From Eledone cirrhosa (taxonomy: Eukaryota), in contig OZ024741.1 in NCBI GenBank assembly GCA_964016885.1, forward strand, positions 277,016,001-277,080,000: a stretch of DNA of 64,000 nucleotides, in the 5' to 3' direction. Shown here piece after piece: positions 54,429-64,000 of the stretch. The notes below the pieces were generated by a model. It searched no databases. It had not been told where the DNA came from and worked only from the letters and a program-made list of their open reading frames with translations. Positions within the stretch are counted from its first letter, which is position 1; every line of letters begins with the position of its first letter. A program made the position numbers and the translations under genes.

Positions 54429-54618
54429 TAACGAAGGGAATGTGGTAAGGAACCAGATGGACCATAACGCACCAAAGTACTCAATACTTAGGGTAGTAGA
54501 GTGGGTAATAGGAACGAGTAGGACCCCGACGGCTGAGCTCAGGCCGTTTCGACGGCTAATTCTGGACAGAATTAGCCGTCGAAACGGCTTGAGCTCAGCC
54601 GTCGGGGTCCTACTCGTT

Positions 54619-54623
<5 letters not shown>
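54429..54623. mobile_element. Fold-back HHR element in (TA)n with a 116-bp near-perfect palindrome (54508-54623)
   Basis: One mismatch and a 2-nt centre. Each arm carries GAAA-CGGC-(T/C)TGAGCTCA-GCCG-TC-GGGGTCC, the 3' half of an HHR. Confidence 0.8.
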
Positions 54624-54664
<41 letters not shown>

Positions 54665-54737
54665 AAAAAGTAAACAGAGAACAAAAAAACAAAAAAACGT
54701 GGAAGCGAAGAGGCAGTACAAATGTTATTATTATTAG

Positions 54738-55142
54738 TGGATTGGCAGTATCGGTAGAGGGTCGGACGCCATGCTTTGCTGCATAGAGTTACGGCCCTTT
54801 ATGATCTGAGCTCAAATCCCGCCGAGATTAACTTTGCCTTTCATCCTTACGGGGTCGATAAAATAAAGTACCAGTCACGCACTGGGGTCGATTTAATCGA
54901 CTTTCCCCTCCCCTCAAATTACTGGCCTTGTGCCTATATAAGAAACCATTACTATTAGAGGATTGGCAGTATCGGTAGAGGGTCGGACGCCATGCTTTGC
55001 AGCACAGTTACCTCCCTTTACGGACTGAGTTCAAATCCCGCCGAGGTTAACTTTGCCTTTCATCCTTACGGGGTCGATAATATAAAGTACCAGTAATACA
55101 CTGGAATAATTGGTGGCCTTGTGCCAAAAAGTAGAAACAATT
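54738..55142 (+). mobile_element. Two tandem full-length SINE B copies
   Basis: GGATTGGCAGTATCGGTAGAGGGTCGGACGCCATGC at ~54739 and ~54960. Confidence 0.9.
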
Positions 55143-55178
55143 ATTATTAGTTCCACGCTTGAGAGTGGGGGGGGGGGG

Positions 55179-55208
55179 GCGTTTCGGGCATAAGCCCTTC
55201 ATCAGGAG
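55179..55208 (-). ncRNA. Hammerhead core in a C-rich pseudo-LTR fragment; 3' side replaced by a C run
   Basis: Minus strand TC-CTGATGA-AGGGC(TTAT)GCCC-GAAA-CG: perfect boxes and stem II. Confidence 0.75.
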
Positions 55209-55669
55209 AAAAGTGGGTAGGAAGAGAATTCCGAGGGTGAGTGGGGGAGTGGTAGAAAGACATAAAAAAGGGGGGAGGGGATTTTTTTTTTCAGAGATAT
55301 ATGTATATATATATATTAATATATATATATATGCGTACGTCTGTGTATATATATATATTAATATATATATATATATATATATATAAATGAGACGTATAGA
55401 GATTGTTTTAGCAAGAAGCTAACGGCATTCTATAACATATATGCGACTATAACGTCAAGATGGGAAAAGTAGTTAACGAAAGATTTAGGAAAAATAACTC
55501 AAACTCATCTCAAAAGAGAATCAGGATACAAATTCATCCACAGAATTTAGTAAAATCCATGGAAAAATCTATAGACCTTTAACTCATGATAAAACAAAGT
55601 TTGAAACACTTATCCTTCAATTTGGAATAACATCAAATGCTCTGTATAGTCTTAAAAGACTATTTCATG

Positions 55670-55747
<78 letters not shown>

Positions 55748-55748
55748 T

Positions 55749-55783
<35 letters not shown>

Positions 55784-55864
55784 GCATAGACATATATACA
55801 TTTATATATATGTACATACATATAAACATACACTTGAAGAGATCCAGCAATCCATGTTTCCAAG

Positions 55865-55900
55865 CATATAAACATACATATATACAAACATACATACATT

Positions 55901-55932
<32 letters not shown>

Positions 55933-56006
55933 CAAACATACATACATACATACATACGTACATACATACATACATACGTACATACATACATACATACATA
56001 CATACA

Positions 56007-56040
<34 letters not shown>

Positions 56041-56128
56041 AACATACATACATGTATACAAACATACAAACATACATACGTACATATGTACATACATACA
56101 TACATACATATGTACATACATACATACA

Positions 56129-56162
<34 letters not shown>

Positions 56163-56320
56163 CAAACATACATACATACATACATACGTACATACATACA
56201 TACATACATACATACATACATACATACATACATACATACATACATACATACATACATGTATACAAACATACAAACATACATACGTACATACATACATACA
56301 TACATACGTACATACATACA

Positions 56321-56354
<34 letters not shown>

Positions 56355-56434
56355 CATACGTACATACATACATACATAAACATACATACATGTATACAAA
56401 CATACAAGCGTACATACGTACATACATACATACA

Positions 56435-56465
<31 letters not shown>

Positions 56466-56594
56466 GTACATACATACATACATACATACGTACATACATA
56501 CATACATACATACATACGTACATACATACATACATCCATACATATATACAAACATACATACATACATACATACAAACATACATACATACATACA

Positions 56595-56625
<31 letters not shown>

Positions 56626-56650
56626 GTACATACATACATACATACATACA

Positions 56651-56684
<34 letters not shown>

Positions 56685-56706
56685 CAAACATACATACATA
56701 CATACA

Positions 56707-56737
<31 letters not shown>

Positions 56738-56742
56738 GTACA

Positions 56743-56773
<31 letters not shown>

Positions 56774-56985
56774 GTACATACATACATATGTACATACATA
56801 CATACATACATATGTACATACATACATATGTACATACATACATATATACATACATACATATATACAAACATACATACATACATACATACATACATACATA
56901 CATACATACACATACATACATACATACATACATACATACATACATACATACATACATACATACATACATACATACATACATACAC
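55865..56985. repeat. ~1.1 kb (CATA)n tetranucleotide array
   Basis: Directly visible. Confidence 0.97.
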
Positions 56986-57321
56986 ACGCACAACATTCCA
57001 CCCCACCACACAACCATCCCCGATCTTCTTTATCCACAGCCCTTGTTGCCATGACAAATGGAATGCAACATGTAGGAATGTAGATCTGGTGTCGCTTCAG
57101 TGCAGTCACCACATACATGCAGTGCATTATGCATGCTTTGCATGAGGGACAAGCTTGTTGAACATGTTGCTGTTGTGTTTGATGTTGTTGATGTTGTTTT
57201 GGTTTTTGCTGTGTGCATGTGTGTCTGTCAAAATACAGACACACATATATATATATCTATACATATATATCTATACATATAAATGTAATTATATATATAT
57301 GTATGTATGTGTATGTGTGAG

Positions 57322-57353
<32 letters not shown>

Positions 57354-57440
57354 CATACATACACACACACATATACATTTATATATATATATATTTACAA
57401 TTATATATGTACATATGTATATATATATATATATTTATAT

Positions 57441-57508
<68 letters not shown>

Positions 57509-57512
<4 letters not shown>

Positions 57513-57613
57513 ATGTTCAAGAACATTTTCCTATTACCCATTCTACTACCCTAAGTATTGAGTACTCTGGTGCGTTATGGTCCATCTGGTTCCTTACCAC
57601 ACTTCCTCTGTTA
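57509..57613 (+). mobile_element. Short second insertion of the 54429 family, starting with a 10-bp perfect hairpin
   Basis: GAAAATGTTC-AA-GAACATTTTC, then the reverse complement of 54429-54514, within (TA)n. Confidence 0.75.
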
Positions 57614-57728
57614 TATATATATATATATACGTATTATATACATTTATATATATATACATATGTATATATATATTCAAATTTATTAACATTTAAATATATA
57701 CAAATGTACATACACATTTATATGCACC

Positions 57729-57812
<84 letters not shown>

Positions 57813-58058
57813 GTGCATACTCTCTGACATACACAAAACACACACACACATATATATATATATTCATATATATGTATATATATATCCCTCGTATATTTGC
57901 ATTCATATACAAAAGCATACACACACACCTACACATTCACTATTTGTTGATTATTTATTTATTTGTTTGTTTCTTTGTTTGTTTTCATACAAACATCATC
58001 TTTCGAAAATAAATGTCAACATATATTTAGTATTTAATCTTATGGGTGTGTATATATG

Positions 58059-58144
<86 letters not shown>

Positions 58145-58250
58145 TTTGTGTGTGTGTGTTTGTGTGTGTTTGTATGTGTTTGTGTGTGTGTGTGTGTTTT
58201 TTTTACTTTTTTACCTGTTCCAGCTATCTGGCTGAGGCGATGTTTGTGTA

Positions 58251-58378
<128 letters not shown>

Positions 58379-58961
58379 TACACATATATATATGTATGAG
58401 TCTGTGTATTTTATATCTGGGTTCAACTTCGCCTTTCATCCATTTTCGGTCGATAAAAAAACTCACCAACCTGTTGATATGCTAAGCAGCATTGTGATTG
58501 GATAGAGAGGGAGAGATGGAGGAGAGGGAGTGAGTGAGTGAGAGGGAGAAAAAGGGGGAGTAAGATAGAAAGAGAGTAGAGAGAGAAAAAGAGAGAGAGA
58601 CAGAGAGTGAGAGAGAGAGAGGGAGACCTTGCGAATACTCTCTTTGTGGTGCTGAACATTTAGAGATACAATATCTTAGATAACAGCATGAACGCCTGTC
58701 CTTTAGTTATGTAAGAAATGTTACGTTGTACCCAATACCGTATTTACCATTGTGCTTAGGTGTGCTTAGGCACAGGGCCCTGTTAGCCAGAGGAGGGGGC
58801 GATCTTCTTGCCAAAAATGTGTTACCACCTTAGAGGCCTCATATCTTAACTTGTACAGGGCTTCATTTCTCCCATATCCGGCACAGGTTGTACTCAATAT
58901 CAATAATATAATCCAAAGTACTTGCATTTAAATAGTGTCCCATCTTTATGTATACACACAC

Positions 58962-59012
<51 letters not shown>

Positions 59013-59633
59013 TATATATATTTAATTTTATTGTTCATTTTTTGTCGATTCTATTGAATGATGAATAGCTCCTGTTTATTTTAACATGTCTATCGAGCAC
59101 TCTGATTCGATATGTGTTTTCCACATTACCGATAATTTTTCGCGAATATAGAGGTTATCTCCCTTGCTGGGCACCATGTGCGTTCTAGCTAAAGGTAACT
59201 TCTTTATCCGTTGGACGTAACCCGTTGATAAAGTGTTCCGGTCCATTCGCTCCCTAGAAGTCTTATATATTTTTATGTGGGCTGATAGAGAGCGGATTAA
59301 GGAATTGCAGAAACCCAAGAAGCTAGATTTACCACCTTTCTGGTGGGTCCGGGTAAGTTTTTTACATTCATATAAATTATTGATTTATTGATATATTATT
59401 TGAGTGACCCGAATCTTCCTGGTCGTTCTTTTTCGGCTGCATGGGTGATTTTAGGCATAATCTTTGTGTGTCGGTATTTTAACGATAGTTATAGCTCTGA
59501 TTTATCTGAATTATTGAGCCCTCTGCCACTCATGTCGGATTGGTTTATCGTAAATTCGTGAGCTGATTTTCCGATACTCGATTATTCTATTATATTTATA
59601 TATATATATATTTATATTTATATATATATATTT

Positions 59634-59757
<124 letters not shown>

Positions 59758-59906
59758 TAAAACATGTCTATAGAATCACAAGATAAAATATAAACTATTT
59801 CCTCTCCCAATTAGCATAATTAACTATATAAGAAATCGAATAGACCAGGCTATACGAATGAGGCTTCTATGAAGGAATCTCCGACAAATAACCGAAAGTA
59901 GCGCTT

Positions 59907-60029
59907 CGCGTCGGCCGTAGCGGAATATTTATCGAATAGTTGACTATAGTCAATTAGTATATTAGTTGACTATATCTAGGCGATTACGCTGTCGAAATAT
60001 TCGATAAATATTCCGCTACGGCCGACGCG
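59907..60029. repeat. 32-bp-arm perfect inverted repeat abutting a truncated Tx1 element
   Basis: CGCGTCGGCCGTAGCGGAATATTTATCGAATA and its reverse complement; the spacer has nested hairpins and ends in GTC-GAAA. Confidence 0.9.
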
Positions 60030-61238
60030 GTGTTCGACATAAACCCACAAGTCAGCAATGCTCGGACACTGGACGAGTGTGTGCAGGACGGTTTCGTCGC
60101 CCTGCGCGCATCTCGGACATGCCCGGCTGACGGCACCTCCATGCCTGTAGAGTTTATCCCGAACTGGCAAAGCTCCTCGGTAGCACTGACAGGCTAGGGA
60201 TTTCTGGAAGTTGTCCATAGGCCCCGACCCGAAAGTTCTTCCGAAAAGATTGGCTAGTTGATTTTCATCGAAGCCTAGAGTTTCCCCAAGTACGTCGTCG
60301 CTCTTCCCCTCCACTAATCCTCTATAGAACGCCGAGGTGGAGTTTCCACCTATCACATTGCCCGATTGGTCGAGGGCTGTGAGCGCCTGAAGACATTCCA
60401 GTCACCAAGCGCTCCCTCTCGGTCTTCGCTTGACCCAGGACTGCAGCTCCGTCAAGGAGACGAGCTGGGGAAAGACGCGTCTAGCAAACGGCGACCACAC
60501 CTGATCACCGTCGAAGAAGAGGTGGCGATGTCGTAGCCTGAGTGTGTGTCTGCGCATCATCCACCACGGCATGCCCAGCCCCCCGCGCAGCGGGTGTTGA
60601 CAGCAGATGAACCGCCTGACCATCGGAGCGCGTCCCTTCTACAAAAAGCGAAAGAGCAAACGCTCCAGCGCAGTCAGGCGGGGCTTAGGACAAGGTACGA
60701 CGGTCAGGCGGTAGTAGATGACGGACGCGATGTACGCGTTAGCCACCTCCGCTCAACCTTTCAGGGATAGCTTCCTCTCCGCCCATTTCTGGGTGAGAGA
60801 AGCCATTCTGCTCGTCACCTCGTCCCAGTTTTTGTCCGTCTGGAGGTCTCGACCGAACCAGACCCCTAGCAATTTAACCGGTCCGTCCGTCCAGCGCCCG
60901 ATGACGCTGTTGGACGGCATGGACCTGCCTCTCCAGGTGCCGAGCTGCAGGCCCACTGACTTTTCCTGGTTGATCATTGCTCCTGTCACCGCTTCGTATT
61001 CTCTTAGTGTAGTGCCGATCGCCTCGATGTGTTTGGCGTTCGACACCAGTACGGTGACATCGTCCGCATATGCTGACATGGATCTTCCGCATCCTAGTTC
61101 GCGCGGGATACCCCTCAACGTCTCCAGTTTGTGCAGTAATGGCTCGAGAGTCAATACGTACAAGAGGGACGAGAGGGCACATCCTTGGCGGACCGAGCGC
61201 ATGATGTTGAACGGTTCCGAAAGGTGACCGTTCAATCT
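60030..61238 (-). mobile_element. Internal fragment of Tx1/L1-type ORF2
   Basis: RQGCALS, AYADD, KLLGVWF, GGLGMP, ALPVRDKL, CPRC..ETVLHTLVQCP; close to 36990-38025. Confidence 0.93.
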
Positions 61239-61290
61239 AATAATAATATTAATAATAATAATAATAATTATATATATATATATATATATA

Positions 61291-61367
61291 CAGGGTGTCC
61301 CAAAAATATGTATACACACTTCAACAGCATTCTAATATATATGTGTATATATTTTTAGGACACCTTG
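61291..61367. mobile_element. 77-bp Tc1/mariner-type MITE
   Basis: TA|CAGGGTGTCCCAAAAATATGTATACAC ... GTGTATATATTTTTAGGACACCTTG|TA. Confidence 0.75.
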
Positions 61368-61512
61368 TATATATGCATATATATATATATATAATGCGCG
61401 TGTGTGTGTGCGTGTGTGAGTGTGTATGTGTTTGTGTGTGTAAGTATATGTATATGCGTGTGAGTGCATGCGTATATACATACATACATACATACATTAT
61501 ATACACGGGGGG

Positions 61513-61781
61513 GTGGATTGGCAGTATCGGTAGAGGGTCGGATGCCATGCTTTCCAGCATAGTTACCTCTCTTTACGATCTGAGTTCAAATCCCGCCGAG
61601 GTTGACTTTGCCTTTCATCCTTACGGGGTCGATAAAATAAAGTACCAGTAACGCACTGGGTAATTGCTGGCCTTGTGCCTAAAGTAGAAACAATTATATA
61701 CATATTTTTTTTTCAATATATTTTGAATTTTCAAACTTGCCTAATCTCTTCGTAAAAATCTTGGTATATATATATTCTTGG

Positions 61782-61814
<33 letters not shown>

Positions 61815-62106
61815 CTGTGTGTGTATGTCTGTGTGTGTGTGTGTGTGTGTGCGTGTGCGGACACACAAGTATACATACATTAATAGAGATACGCGAAATA
61901 AATGTTTCTACTTTTGGCACAATCCAGCAATTACCCACAGTGCATTACTTCTGCTTTATTTTATCGACCTCCGTAAGGATGAAAGGCAAAGTTAACCTTG
62001 ATGAAAGGCAAAGTTAACCAAAGTTAAGATTTGAACTCAGAACGTAAAGGGCCATAACTCTTTGTTGCAAACATGGTGTCTGACGCTCTACCGATTCTGC
62101 CAATCC
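61513..62106. mobile_element. SINE B copies (61513-61695 +, 61900-62106 -)
   Basis: Standard family motifs; the second has an internal duplication of GATGAAAGGCAAAGTTAACC. Confidence 0.85.
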
Positions 62107-62127
62107 GAAATAATGATATATAGTCGA

Positions 62128-62615
62128 ACACATATAAACACATACAAACACATATAAACACATATAAACACATACAAACACATATAAACACATATAAACA
62201 CATATAAACACATACAAACACATATAAACACATATAAACACATACAAACACATATAAACACATACAAACACATATAAACACATATAAACACATATAAACA
62301 CATACAAACACATATAAACACATACAAACACATATAAACACATATAAACACATATAAACACATACAAACACATATAAACACATATAAACACATACAAACA
62401 CATATAAACACATATAAACACATACAAACACATATAAACACATATAAACACATACAAACACATATAAACACATATAAACACATATAAACACATACAAACA
62501 CATATAAACACATACAAACACATATAAACACATACAAACACATATAAATACATATAAACACATACAAACACATATAAACACATATGAACACATATAAATA
62601 CATATAAATACATAT
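62128..62615. repeat. 10-bp minisatellite ACACATAYAA, about 48 copies
   Basis: Directly visible. Confidence 0.95.
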
Positions 62616-62905
62616 TTATATACTTACAATCCCAATAAAAACGGCCGACATCAAACGATCAGCAGGCCGTTCATCTGTCCCGCCTCCCCCGGCGTCTTTA
62701 TAATGTTCCCGCCCCGCAGCTTCCCAACCCCTAGCTACTACACAATGCCCCGCCTACCGCCTGTTGCCATGACAGATGGAATGCAACATGTAGGAATGTA
62801 GATCTGATGTCGCTTCAGAGCTTTGGCTTCGATTAACGTGCATCATGCAGTGTGCAGTGCATGAGCCGTGTACGGGACAGGACGGCACGATTGAACTGGC
62901 GTATG

Positions 62906-63586
<681 letters not shown>

Positions 63587-63636
63587 AATGAAAGGTATAA
63601 AAAATATTGTAGCAAAAAGCCAACAGTATTCCATAA

Positions 63637-63688
<52 letters not shown>

Positions 63689-63701
63689 CAAACATATAAA
63701 T

Positions 63702-63746
<45 letters not shown>

Positions 63747-63850
63747 ACACATTATAAAGAAAGAAAAAACATTAGATATAATTAATAAGATATACCATAT
63801 CCAAATTCCTTCATTGTATTCTGCATGTATCTGTGTATTTCTTTATATTG

Positions 63851-63893
<43 letters not shown>

Positions 63894-64000
63894 AAATTTC
63901 CGTTGAAAACAGAAAAGGTCATAGAAGTGAAGAGTGCTCTATGTAAGTATCAGAGCAAAATTGAATGTATAAAAATCAATAATGTATAAAAATCAATACA

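Noticed and set aside
55385-55670. Possible RT remnant between (TA)n arrays
   Set aside because: No diagnostic motif in the frames examined.
55740-57244. Long MYVC/YIHT ORFs
   Set aside because: Translations of (CATA)n.
59040-59600. Possible PLE N-terminal remnant (VVNLAS)
   Set aside because: Only a single weak motif; cannot be supported.

Overview
Repeat-dominated eukaryotic genomic DNA with no recognisable host protein-coding gene. The SINE families and the very high (TA)n/(CA)n/(CATA)n density suggest a cephalopod (Octopus-like) genome; this is an inference. Most ORFs in the track are simple-repeat artefacts. Recognisable content: two decayed Penelope-like elements (PLEs), one near-complete and one decayed RTE LINE, three bipartite RTE-derived non-autonomous elements, one near-full-length and two partial Tx1/L1-type LINEs, Helitron pieces, two small Tc1/mariner MITEs, more than 20 SINE copies, several minisatellites and a ~2 kb inverted duplication. 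The most interesting signal is about a dozen complete, degenerate or half type I hammerhead ribozyme (HHR) motifs (CUGANGA...GAAA...NUH). They lie in short non-coding islands between microsatellites. At least five long fold-back inverted repeats turn inside or beside an HHR, and one 593-nt HHR-bounded retrozyme-like monomer is present. All motifs were read by eye; no alignment, folding or database search was run, and coordinates are approximate to within a few bases.
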